Assembly: GCF_963676685.1 (NCBI RefSeq)
Contig: NC_092351.1
Coordinates: 6,944,001 to 7,008,000 of the forward strand
DNA length: 64,000 nucleotides
From: Mytilus edulis
Lineage: Eukaryota
Reading direction: 5' to 3'
The notes under the pieces are model-generated. The model ran no database searches and was not told the DNA's origin. It saw only the letters and a program-made list of their open reading frames with translations. The position numbers and the translations under genes were made by a program. Each line of letters begins with the position of its first letter. Position 1 is the stretch's first letter. Shown here in pieces: positions 51,801-64,000 of this stretch.

Positions 51801-54800
51801 TTGAAAGCAGTCAATGGCGCTTTTCAAGGACTGCCAACGCTAATAGATAAAAAAAAAAAAAAAAAAAAAAAAAAGCAGTCAATGGCGCTTTTCAAGGACT
51901 GCCAACGCTAATACTGTATATGGTTGGTAACAACATTGAATGATTGAGATGTTTATGAACTGACATTCAGTCCGACCATGGGAAGCTGTGTTCTGCCGGA
52001 TGCGTGCTCAATTATTGGAGTCATTCAATGCTACATTTCTCTACTTTAGGTCTACATAATAAAAATTGTACTTATTGAAAAAAAATATATATTGTTTTCA
52101 TTTATTTTATTTAGATAGCGCTATCACATTCGGCATCCATCGTATTTTTATTTATCAGTTCTCAAATTAGACCAAACTGTGGTCTGCATCCCCTGCATAA
52201 TTGATCCTTTTACATACATGTCAGACCCCACTCCTTTATTTCTTTAATGGCTTTCAGTTATTTGGTGGACACAGGGAATTGATTCCCAGTTCCCTCCCCA
52301 AACTCCTACTTCACTCCATATTCTGTTCCTCTGCACTCTTATTTTTTCATCAACAAGAATTATCCCTGTTTTATCAAACTTTTCTCACGATTAAGACCAC
52401 CCTGCCTCAAGCTTTCATCCATCAAATTCTCATTTCTAGTCCTCTTATTCCACAGTTCCCATAATTCTGTCCAACCCCTTTAAAGTGTCCCAATGACTCG
52501 CACCCATTAACAACCCATCATTCGACAAATTATATTAAACAACCTGATTTGTCTCCTATATGCAAAAATTACGAGTCAGGTTTTATTGCTTTAATATAAA
52601 TGTCAATTTTTTTTCAGACATCTTGTTTTTGAACTCCCATGCGTATTTGTTACTATCAACTATATGGCATCAATGCACACAATTCAAACGATCTTTTCAC
52701 AAAACCACAAAAATTGCATAGCAATTACATTCTCAGGATTTTTAATAAAGTTTACTTTGCGAGCACAAAGTGAGGAATTAATTATAAAACAATTTGGTAA
52801 AGCAAAATAAATATCTAAAAGATGTTTTAAAAATAGACTATAGTGGATGAGCTACCCCTTCGTGTAACAAGATTATCTCTACTGGGATTTAAACACATTG
52901 AGATTGAGATTGAATTGTTTCCCTTTGATAACAACCAGTTCCAAAGCAAGATTATTTGTTTGATGATTTTTAATTGATTAACAATTTTTTGATAAAGGAA
53001 AAGGATAATACTTTCAATTTCGAGGTCTCACAAAGGCTTTTTCACCTTCTATTCTAATTTTACATTAAAAACCCAAATTTAGATGAAAAGGCTACAATAG
53101 GAACATATAACATAATATATTTTCATTGTCTCCATGATTTTTTTTCTGGTAATCATTATGTCTCTCAATAGCCATCAGAATTGAAAACAATTCATTAAAG
53201 TTTAACAATTTTCAAAGATATGTCGATTGATTCAAAAGAATGAATACTTTCCGTTCAAAGTTATACCTGGAACCATGATAATTTCATGCGAACCTCAAAT
53301 TTAAAACAAGTTTCAAAAATGTATTAAAAACGTAATGGGAATTGTTTTACACATATTTAAAATCTTGATAAAGGATCCTGTGCTCTCATTAGTAATACGA
53401 GATAAAAAAAATCTATAATGGGAACATTTGTTTTGCATACAGTACTAAGTTCCTATGTTATTGTATCTTCATAATTGGCATGTGAGAAACTATACATTCA
53501 ACTAGGTAATAAGATTGGTTCTTTCAATGAAGATGACATAGATATGCGGTATAAGATAATGCGACAACAACCGAAAACCTACAGTGCTTCAAAAATACGT
53601 ATGGAGTACTACTTACAGCCGACCACCCTACAAGGTTTCTACATAATGTGTCAATCTCCAAAGTATTGAAGAAGTGACGAATAACTCCAAACATAAATAA
53701 AGGCAACAGTAGTCTACCGGTGTTCAAAAGTCATCAATCGATTGAAAGTAAACAAATCCGGGTTACAAACTAAAACTGAGGGAATCTCGTCAACCAACTT
53801 TAAGAGAAAAACAACGGAAGAACAGAAGAACTGAAGTGCAACAAAAACACCAATTCAACATACATAGAAACGAACTATTTTATCACAACTGTCATATTAT
53901 TCCTGGCTTGGTACGAGACATTTCAAAAAGAAATGGTTGGCTGAAACTAGTTAGATGGGTAGCCGAACCTCCCATTTATATGACAATGTAAAAAATACCG
54001 ATTAAATGACAAAACTACATGACAGGAATACAGTAAAAATAACAAGAACAGTCAGGTCAGAGAAATACACAAGCGAATAATATAATAGATCATTTCGACA
54101 TGTATACCATAGAATAACAACGAACATATAATATTTTTATACGACAGTAGTACCAATTAATACAGCAAAAAGAATTATGGACAGTGCGTCACACGAATGT
54201 ATGTTTGAATGTAATAGTTCTTTGAATAGAACTGTCTTACACTTTAAGGGTGAAATGAGTTGTCATGTCAAGAAAATAAGATGTAACTGACAGTGATAAA
54301 ATCTAGCATAAGTGTGTAAACATTACATTGAAAGCGCATAATGAATATACTCACTTTAATATATAGAATGTAGAATTTCTTTCAACACAATTCAGATGTA
54401 AAGTCTTCCTATTTGGTATAGATGTGTTATATCCAGAGATAGAGGAAGACCCAAAAACCATTGGACCATTATATAGACTTATCCAAACTCCTCGCAATTC
54501 ATCTGGAAAGCTGCAAACGCCATCTACAAAAGAGGGTGTTGACAAGCTTGATTAAAATTGTTTGGTCAGAGTCTTTGTTTGACCCGTCAATATAGTTGTT
54601 CACCATAAAGTATGCCAGTACGTTAAACAAAGCGTTTTATAATGATTAATATCAGTATCAAAGCGTTGACTTATACTCGCTTCGTATGCACATAGTGAAT
54701 AAATAGAATAAAAATCAAAACCCCCAAAACCCCCTCCCCGAAAAACAGTATACATTGATAAGAGGTTAACAAGGAATTGCAAAACAGTACGCGGTAAAGT

Positions 54801-54892
54801 AGACGACAAAAAATGTGTTCAATTGTAAACTTACCACAGAATGGTATACTTGTCAAAAGTAGATACGTGCCAAAAATATCAGTTATATCCAT
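45893..54892 (-). CDS. 8-exon gene for an uncharacterised Cys-rich type I membrane protein, 357 aa; paralog of the + strand host gene
   Basis: Exons (- strand): 54892-54835 (gccATGG context, MDITDIFGTYLLLTSIPFC), 54523-54355 (GVCSFPDELRGVW...LNCVERNSTFYIL), 50822-50719 (HVFKVFG...YMCLEM...), 49970-49857 (FDNYLNE...EVCVPG...LLVRN), 49350-49174 (SMCPQIIQGYY...), 48725-48613 (FTCVHY...FFCM), 48232-48130 (...HSDLCS...), 46128-45893 (TM GVIVVIVLVVFISVTCVLIFVL, short tail, TGA). Total 1074 nt, open, all introns GT-AG, phases 1,2,1,1,1,0,1. Confidence 0.88.
51804..51913 (+). repeat. 42-bp perfect direct duplication flanking a poly(A) tract
   Basis: AAAGCAGTCAATGGCGCTTTTCAAGGACTGCCAACGCTAATA at 51804-51845 and 51872-51913, separated by GAT plus an A run. 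Confidence 0.9.
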
Positions 54893-57800
54893 GGCAACTT
54901 TTACATGGGAAACACACACACAAACGTTCAAGAATGATTCCGTAATAACTGATTTTTATGAATAACCTAATCATAGCAGTATATCAAAAGAATTTAAAAT
55001 TTCGTTTAACTTCATATGTAGAATGAATCAAGTTATAATTTCAACATATACCCTGTGATGCTCAATTGATTTCAAACAGTAAACAGCTGTTAATTATCCA
55101 CAGAGCCTATAAATATGTTCATTGTATTTTTATATAGGGTATACACACATGCAAATTAAATGTTAACAAATTCACAGTGTAGTGAAGATGCTAATCTTCA
55201 ATGATGGGTTTTGGTAGATGTGATTGAAATTAAAACCTCTAATTATTTTGATAACGTTTATAAGACCTGAATTTAAGTTTATATCAAATTTATGAAGTGT
55301 TTCAATATTGTGAACAATAACATAAAAATGGACTGTAGGTAATAATTTTATCATTATATTCATAATAAATACAAATTGTAATTTATTGATGTAAATGTTT
55401 AAAACCATTAATTTATACACCGATAATGACAAGTCACACACACGCGAAATGTCTGATGTATAAAGACCAATATTTACAGCACTTCGATGTTTTTTTTCAC
55501 AATGACACAATTTTCATTTCACATATCATATTGACATTACTCTCATTGAGAAACACATCTAAATTCTGACGAATGCTTTTTTGCTGTTTAGAAAAATCTG
55601 TCTTTTTATACGATATAAAATCAACTCTTAGTAGATATAGTATGGTCTTTTTGTTACGATATCGAATGGGTTTTAAACCCATATCATCGCCTGCAACAGA
55701 TACATACATTGTATATTGGTTAGTTTAACAGATTACACGGTAGAACACCTCGGCAAAACTTTGTTGAAATCAACCAACTGTGTAACATAATTATAGCTGA
55801 TTACTTCCGTATATTTTCGGATGACGTATACGGTGCAGGAAATGCTTACTCTTCCGGAGCACCTGATTTCACTCCCGGTTTTTAGTGGAGTTCGTGTTGT
55901 TTCTTATTTATTATTTATAACTGTTGATGTAAATGTCCTTTGTTTTTTTTAGTTTTTGTTTACTCCTTGGTTTTGATTGCCATTGTCTTCTCATTGCTCA
56001 AATTTCCTTTAAAGGAATATTGCAAACAATAGAAATTTATTATTTCTAATTTAGTAAATGGTATCGCACAATCAGTCTTTATATGGCAACATGTGACAAA
56101 CACTCCTTTGTCGCGTTTTAAAATAGTGCATTTTATACTTTTTAACATACTCATCAACCTTTGTCAATTGTGTTAAAAATAAGCTTTGAATATTCTTTTT
56201 CTAGCGGTGATAGTTTTGACCAAAACTGTTTTTATACTTAGGCAATCATCCATGATAAATTTTAATTTCACTAAAGCAATAAATGAGTTTGTTACATTTG
56301 AAATATGCCTTTTTGTACTTCTTTGTGAAATATTTGTTTGTTTTTATTGTGATTAAGATGATAACACAATGTTGACAGATGTACCCCTATTTGGACATTT
56401 TTATTAATTATGTCTGTTTGTGTTGATTACGTATCGCTGTCAATATAATGGAATTGATGAGACTGTCGAACAAGTGAGAGGTTTAACTAGCTATTATAAA
56501 CCAGGTTCAATTCACAATTGCTACATAGAAAATGCCTGTACCAAGTCAGGAATAAGACAGTTGTTATCCATTCGTTTAATGTGTTTGAGCTTTTGATTTT
56601 TCCATTTGATTAGGGACTTCATGTTTTGAATTTCCCCCAAAAATCAGTATTTTCATGATTTTACTTTTTTTAGTTACATGGTGTGCTAGTGATTTAAAAT
56701 GCTGTATAATGGGTCATTCCACGGAGTAAGAACGAAGCTCGAGTCCCCATTGTGAATTTACTGACCCCATATATATATATATCGTATAAATCACTGGCAC
56801 ACTATGTAACTAATATATAGTACCGATAATATTAACATATGAGACTTAGACTAGCGGTCTATCGAAGAGATCAAGACTGGAAGTAATAATAATTAACTTC
56901 CATAATGTTTATAATGAAAGTATTGTCTAAGTATAAAAAAAAAACCCACCAACTTGAAATGTGTTTTATGGCTTTATTACAATTGTTCATTATCAATTTC
57001 TTTGTCTGTTGAAACCTATAAGATTTTCCCTCAGCACCGTGTTGTTTTAATTTTAACCATTCATATTCCTGGAAATGTAAAGGACGTTAGATAAATTCAT
57101 TATGTCCTGTCGGTAACCCACATTGTAATAAATTCTTTCTTCTCAAATACCATAATGAACTTTATATTGATGATATATATACAAAAACTAGAAGGTCTCT
57201 GTTTTATATCGTCCCTGATATTGAAACGGATGGACGACTTAAGACCAGAATATATGAACTCGTGACAATTTTCAATTCTACACTTCATAGTTTTTCAACA
57301 GTAACATAACGTCTGCAGCTAATGGTATACATGTAGTGTTTATATATTCGTTAGCAATCGGTTAGGTTATTTACCCGGGTGCAAATAAAACCAAAGCATT
57401 TTCTATAAAAAAAATTCATACATTTTATGATGGTATGATACTAAACCCCCTTACGAGAGGGATTGTGCTTGATTTTTATTCAATCAGCTTAATTGAGGTC
57501 TTGAGCTGGAATGTCAGTAACTGCTAGTAGTCCTTTGTTAATTAATGTATCATTGTCATTTTGATTAGTTTCTTTTGTTACTTATTCTGACATCGAACTT
57601 GGACTTCTTTTAAATGGAGTTAATGTGCGTACTTCTGTTCGTTTCTTTATTTTACATTGGCTTGAGGCATAATGGGAAGGTTTATATAAAAAAAAAACAT
57701 GTTTAACCCCTCAAAGTTAGGAGCCTGTGTCTTATTGTAAGTTTTGTATGTTTGTTTTTAAATTGTAGTCCAATTATATGTTTTTGAGTTTAGTATGACG

Positions 57801-58507
57801 TCTATTTTAACTTAACTAGAACACATGTTCATTTAGAGATCAGCCTATCTTCATATCCCGGGTGCGGGATTTTCACGCTGCGTTAAAGCCGCATTGATGG
57901 CCTTTGACTGTTATCTTCTCTTTGGTCGGATAATTGTCTCTTTGACATATTGCTCATTTCCATTCTATATTTTATACAACCTTTTCTGGCACCTCAGTTT
58001 GAATGAAGTTTTAGTTATGTTGTAAAACTATGAATACACATTAAGACATTAACATAAATCCCGTTAATGCATTTTTAACTGAAAAAAAAACTTAATGAAT
58101 CTCGTGCATCCGAAGCGATTTTATGAATCTAATTTCATCAGGAACGCTCAATTCTTAACATTTGAAAGCCATGAATACGTAGAATGCTACAATGCTATTG
58201 GCTTAATGATATATCTTCCAGCTTCCAGAATCAAGTAAAAAAAGTAGTTACAACATTCAATAGTGCATTACCTTCAATAGATAGACTTTTGACCAAAAGC
58301 ATAATCCGTTCAACTTCCTGTGTCCATCTTTAATTATCGTACAGCAGTTTATATCCGGTATGACTTTAATGGTTTCATTCAAACAAATGTTACCTGTTTG
58401 TTCTTATATGGTACTGTATTGAGCCATCTTTATGGTTGTATTACTGTCATAGGATAGTTCGGATAGTTTCCCCAAAATGTATAACCCAGCCTCATTAGTA
58501 CGTGAAT

Positions 58508-58708
58508 AAATAAACTCATCATAGATATCAGGATTAAAATTGTGTAATTGCGCCAGACGTGCGCTTTGTCTACAAAAGACTCATCAGTGACGCGGGACTA
58601 AAAATCAAAAGTGCAAATAAAGTACGAGGATGAAGAGCCTTGATGTCTACAAGTTCTTAAGTCTTTTTTAAAGTTACGATAATCTATTCCTGGGGTAGAA
58701 AAGTCTTA
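58508..58708 (-). repeat. Second copy of the hammerhead-bearing repeat, catalytic core degenerate
   Basis: Aligns to 7280-7490 (AAACTCATCATAGATA...GTCTACAAAAGACTCATCAGTGACGC), but the GAAAC box is mutated. Confidence 0.7.
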
Positions 58709-60677
58709 CACAGCTACTTATGCATAGGTACTATTTCTGTACTAAAAATCTGTAGTACTGGAAAAAACTTTTAATATTCAGTACTGTTTTGTTTCTTTAA
58801 AATTATTTTAATATTTAGGTACCTGTATTTTACAGTACTTAATTTGTACTTGAAATTTAGGTACTACAGATTTTTGGTTACTACCGTTACATTTTCAGCA
58901 TTTTGAAAGTTTTTCTATTCAAATCTCTTAAAATTATGATTTTCAAACATGGAATATTGTATTATTTCTGTACCAAAATATTTACACAGCAAAAAGTGCA
59001 ACGCATGTTTTACGTACGTTTTAAAAAACGTCTGTAAAACGTACGTTTTACGTATGGAAAACGCATGTTTTAGCCAACATGCGTTAAACGCCTGTACTAA
59101 AACGGGTGTTTTACGCCCGTTTTGAAACGGGCGTAATACATCACGTACGTAAAACGTATGTTTTAAAAACGCACGTAAAACATATGTTTTACGTGTGCTT
59201 TACGTGCCTTTTCATTATATATTTTTGTGTTACGCAGCCTTTTTTTTCTCATATTAAAAAACTCATTTTATAACTTCAAGAGAATTTTACATCAAATTGA
59301 ACATGTTTTTCACAATTTATTTTCCATCGCTTTTTATTTTCTAGAGAGTATATTTATAAATAGTGTATAAGCTGACAAAAAAATTAGAACTGTTACAGCA
59401 TATAAATATGAAAACATGAATATTTGCATAATGGTTAAAATTATCTGTTCATGCTAAGCCTCTTTAAGCTGATAAAATGATAAAGCACATTTTCCTCCTT
59501 TAATAAGCTATATTGTATGTATATATGTCTCTGGTATTATTAAACTTAAAATTTACACATTAAATGTAGTCATGCATGTGAATCTAGAATTTTAAAAATG
59601 CATGTGCAAATTTTCCGTTGAACTCAGAAGTAATCTTATTGGCAATCATACCACATCTCCTTATTTTTAAATGAATAAAAAAAAATCAATGTGAAAAGGT
59701 GAAACATTCATGTATTTACAATGTATGTCTTTGATACAAGTATGAAAATATCATCTCATCATATCTTTTTGTTTGAAAGGAATCATTTCCACTTAAGGTT
59801 AGATGTAACTGCTGAGGCAATGGGAGTTAATTTAAAATAATAGTTTCTATAACTGATTACAAAGTATACTCATATTTAGATAAATTTGATTTATTTCCCT
59901 TGTCCACCCCACATAGCTGTATAATACAATATATGTATCTTTTAAAAAATATATGTCTCTGATAAGTCAGGTACTACAACAGTTTTCACCCTCTTAGGCT
60001 CTTACAGTGTCTTAGCCTTACTCAATCCTGACCTTATGATTAAGCAACTGGCTTAATTACCATTTTAACAATATATTTATACACTCACTAATCAGAACAA
60101 AATAATGTTCACTGTTTTATGTAGGAAGCATGATAGAGAGCATCCCAACTTGAATTCTGTTTTCTTTCAAAGGGATAAATTGGTACAGGGGAGCGAAACA
60201 TAGCCTCTACCGGAAGCAGGACAAGTCGCCCCACTGGCAAGTCGCCCCACACATAGTCGCCCCACTTTTTCACCAACTCGCCCCACTTTTAAAAAAAACG
60301 CCACAACCTGGATCACCAACTCGCCCCACTTTTTAAAAAATCGCCCCACATGTGAAATTGGTTAAATCATGTCTAATATTACTCCTGCCAACTCGCCCCA
60401 CTTAATGGAAAACGGTAATATTTAGATATAAAATTAAAATTAAAATATAAAAACTCGCCCCACTTAAAAATAATTTTCGTATTATTGAAGAATAACTGTA
60501 TTTTTTTAAGATTAGTTATCTGCATAACAATTGAAAAGAAGCCTGTTAATTGTATCATAATGCAATATATCATAATACTTAACGGATTTCAATTAACAGC
60601 AATTTGTTATCATAGAGACATTTATGGCTTGGTATTAAAATTATAAAAAGCAAAGTAACCTTTGACATGCATTTACT

Positions 60678-60786
60678 ATGTCTACTGTGTATCCTTGTGT
60701 TGTGTGTGACGTGCACGTGCGTCCCAGACAGGAGGCACTGCAGTGTGATTCTTGTGACCGGTAGCAGCATTTTACTTGCAATTCTG
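60678..60786 (+). pseudogene. PHD-finger first exon with an in-frame stop
   Basis: MSTVYPCVVCDVHVRPRQEALQCDSCDR*QHFTCNS followed by G|GTAAGT; the TAG at 60762 replaces the conserved Trp. Confidence 0.8.
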
Positions 60787-61025
60787 GTAAGTCTTTATAG
60801 TTATACTTTATTTACTTTACATTGTACTGATGAGGTTACGGCTTTAGAAACTTACATAGTATTGTTTTTTTATATGAGTATCATTCATGTTAATAAATAT
60901 TTGTTAAAGCATTAAATATTATTCATTAAACGCCAACTAGAAATAAATATTTAAAAATATCTTTAAATAAACTATTTCTAAAAGATATTTATTACAAGGA
61001 TTTTTATAGCGCCTATCTAATAAAC

Positions 61026-61550
61026 TTAAAACATTATTAAATTATTACCTTTACAATGTAATGTAGAATCATCTGCATATAAATCTATTAATGAATTTTC
61101 TATATTAAGTGGTAAATCATTAATATATAAAATAAATAACAGAAGGCCCAGGGTAGAACCTTGTGGTACCCCCATTTTTATGCATTTAGTATTAGACATG
61201 ACGTTATTGACCTTTATTTGTTGGCTTCGTTCAAACAAGTATGACTTAAACCAGTCTAGTGTACAATTTGAAACATTATAGTATTAATTTTTTTCAATAA
61301 AACTATTTGACTAACAAGATCAAAAGCCTTCTTTAAATCTAAAAATATAACTCCGTTTATCTCTCCATTATCTATATTTTCTTACCATTCATCTACTAAT
61401 TTAGTATGTGCAGGAGTACACGAATTTTTAGGTCTGAAACCTGACTGTAGTATTAAGAAGATCATTACTATTTAAAAATATATACAAACTATTAGCTTTC
61501 TGTCGTTCTATGATTTTTGAGACCTAAGGCAAAACTGCTATTGGTCTATA
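61026..61550 (-). mobile_element. Degenerate reverse transcriptase fragment of a CR1/L2-clade LINE
   Basis: GVPQGSTLGLLLFILYINDLP and LYADDSTL motifs; frameshifted upstream YRPIAVLP, FRPKNSC and FLDLKKAFDLV motifs. Confidence 0.92.
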
Positions 61551-62782
61551 AATAATATTTACATGCATTTACAAAAGCTTATTATATATTATTTATACTC
61601 ATGTTTCTAGTGCTGACACTTAACATCTTTTTCCATAAGTGGGGCGAGTTGGCATTACTACATTCATCCTGGTTAATAATATAATATAAATCTAGATATT
61701 ATTGTTTTCTTTCAAGTGGGGCAAGTTGGCAGGAGTAATATTCACGGAATAACATCTTTTTCCATAAGTGGGGTGAGTTGTCATTAATACATTCATCCTG
61801 GTTAATAATATATTAATCTAGATATTATCGTTTTCTATAAGTGGGGCGAGTTGGCAGAAGTAATATTTACGGAATTTAAGTTATATACAACGGGATAATA
61901 CTTTTTCCATGAGTGTAGCGAGTTGGCTTTACTACATTCATCCCGGTTAATAATATGTTAATCTAGATTTTACCTCTACCTATACATTTTTACATGCAGA
62001 GAAAGGTATTAGACGAACACAATATTTTCTTTGACTGTAAAAAATAATTCGAAGAGGAATAAGTAACCAAAAATTAAAGGACATTCACAAACTATCGCCA
62101 AATTAATTACCATTGAAACCATATTTGAAAAAGATATCTATTTATAATAAATCACAGATGCTGTAGTAAAACCTGACTGACTGTGTGACCGGGCTGTGTG
62201 AATAAATGAATCAGATATTTATAAGTTAGGCCACACCAATTTGATTCCTTGTTCGACGGACCCGCCCGCATCTATTTTTTTCAAAACAGAATTTTTTTAT
62301 TTTTTTTATATTCCCGCTTCCCGCATCCGGAAATGTAATCATGTCTATTTCCCGCACCGTTTTTTTTTGTAAATATTATAAAAAGATATCAACTTTGGTT
62401 TCTTTCCCCCTTACTTATATTCCCTATCAAAAAATGTTCGTTGTAAGAATAAAGTACAAAGAACTTCTGAAGGATTTGCCTTCAGCTGCAATTATATTGT
62501 ATGCTGGCAAAACAAAACTATCTTTAGCCGCTGCATGTTTATGCACCTGTCCTGATTGATTCAAGGTCCTGTCGTTCAGCAGTTATCGTTTGTTGGTGTT
62601 GTTCATTGGTATTTTCCCGTTTGGATATATAAATTAGATCGTTGGTTTTCCTGTTCGAATTGTGTACGCTTATAATTTTGGGATCCTTTATAGCTTGCTG
62701 TTTGGTCTGTATCAAAGCCCTATGTAAACGGCCGTACTTTGACCTGTGTTTGTTATTGTCAGGTTGAGAACAACCCTCCTTT

Positions 62783-64000
62783 GGTAACAAGACAAATCGG
62801 CACCCAGACAAATCGGCACCCAAGTCCGAAGACATTTCGGCATCCATTTTGGACATTTCGGTATCCGCACAAATCGGCACCAAGACAATCCGGCACCTCG
62901 TTTTTAAAAATAAATTTATTATCAAAAATTAAAGAATTGTTGCATAGATATTATAATTTGTATATAAAATATGCATTACAAAAAGAATAATCATCATTTA
63001 ATTAAGCTCTTGAAGATTATGTACGAATAAACATAATTTAATTAAATCATAATTGATTGTTAGATATGTTGTTGATAGTTGTTGTTTGAATAAACATTAT
63101 TAAATTGAATCATAATTAAATCATAATTAATTGTAGTGATTGTAGTTATGCATCAATCAGTATGTTATGTTTAAATCTAACAATTCCTCAATAGAGATCA
63201 AAAGTGTATAGCTTGTGTTTGCAGCTTGTGTTTTCGTTTGATCCTTACATCTGTTAAGACAACACAATACTTGAAAACAATATTTTATTGTTTTAATATT
63301 AAAAGCCTTAAACATAACAGCGTGTGCAAGCCATAATGAGTAAATACCTAGAAAGGTATATAAAGGTCAACACTTCTGGGATGCTCTTTCTAACACAATG
63401 TCAGACGACAGTTGTATACAGTGCCAAAATGTTGTGCGCCCTAGACAAGAAGCTTTGCAATGTGATGGGTGTCAAAAGTGGCAACATAGAACATGCAACA
63501 GTGGTAAGTGGCTTTTAAATATTTTTTAATTATTATAGATTATCATAACTGAAATTCTCCTTGCATACTTTTCATTTCCATACTACTGTAGCCAATCTCT
63601 GATAGAGCTAAATGTATTTGTACTTAAGGGAGTAAAGGGAATCCTGCCAAAAAAATAGTAATATTAGAAATACCCTTATAAATGCAATTAAAACCCATTA
63701 TCCATATTCTAACCTGCTTCACTCTAGCTTTAAACTTAAAAAAACTGTTCTAGATCCCAATAGAAATATAAAACAATCGATGAAATAGAAAAAAATAAGG
63801 TCAATGAAGGTCCACAATCATTATGGTCATTTATCTATATACATGTATGTATAATATATTCTTATGATGTATTATTAATATTAACCGGACTTGTTTGTAA
63901 CACCTTTTTCGAGTATTGTATGTGTTTTGTCACTTTTGTATATTGTGTTTGCAATTTACATGTATCCCTCAGTGTGTCACTTTTTGCATTAAACTGATAA
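62783..64000 (+). mobile_element. Left part of a second MULE-like element with tandem AATCGGCACC motifs; probably continues past the window
   Basis: GG start, repeated ACAAATCGGCACC / ATTTCGGCATCC at 62791-62897, followed by a PHD exon. Confidence 0.55.
63398..63503 (+). CDS. Intact PHD-finger first exon, probably of a transposon gene; downstream exons not identified
   Basis: MSDDSCIQCQNVVRPRQEALQCDGCQKWQHRTCNS followed by G|GTAAGT; C-x2-C, C-x2-C, H-x2-C pattern. Confidence 0.7.

Larger units (their letters stand above)
60212..61970 (+). mobile_element. Decayed MULE-like DNA transposon with tandem TCGCCCCAC subterminal motifs, interrupted by a LINE fragment
   Basis: GG start, clustered TCGCCCCAC motifs at 60225-60463, inverted GTGGGGCGAG motifs at 61639-61925, internal PHD-finger exon. 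The superfamily call is an inference. Confidence 0.55.

Noticed and set aside
50950-52560. Possible tyrosine-recombinase or LINE remnants in paralog intron 2
   Set aside because: Only vague motif resemblance with many stops; not supportable without a search.
57000-58500. Coding-like - strand fragments (e.g. RLGYTFWGNYPNYPM, RWTQEVERIMLLVKSL, ORF 57100-57288)
   Set aside because: Stops occur in all frames and I recognise no family. It may be a pseudogene remnant; BLASTx would decide.
58985-59210. CpG-rich palindromic block as a structured RNA
   Set aside because: It consists of reiterated AAAACG/CGTTTT motifs typical of a transposon subterminal region; no matching other end was found.

Overview
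AT-rich eukaryotic DNA with spliceosomal introns. The repeat families look bivalve-like (probably Mytilus; inferred, not verified). Manual exon assembly gives five intact protein genes. (1) A 10-exon + strand gene (5089-45544, about 516 aa) for a Cys-rich single-pass membrane protein. (2-4) Three paralogous rhodopsin-family GPCRs with uninterrupted CDSs (- strand) and a QRY motif in place of DRY, all nested antisense inside the 27.9-kb third intron of gene 1. (5) An 8-exon - strand paralog of gene 1 (54892-45893, 357 aa) with the same intron phases, ending tail-to-tail 348 bp from gene 1. The ORF track shows the two multi-exon genes only as fragments. The rest is mostly transposon-derived: Ginger-like, TTAA-type and Harbinger-like non-autonomous elements (several nested), Helentron-type HINEs, L2/CR1 fragments, a tRNA-derived SINE, hammerhead-bearing Penelope-like ends, two MULE-like elements with PHD-finger first exons, and minisatellites. 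All gene models were read by eye and need transcript confirmation.
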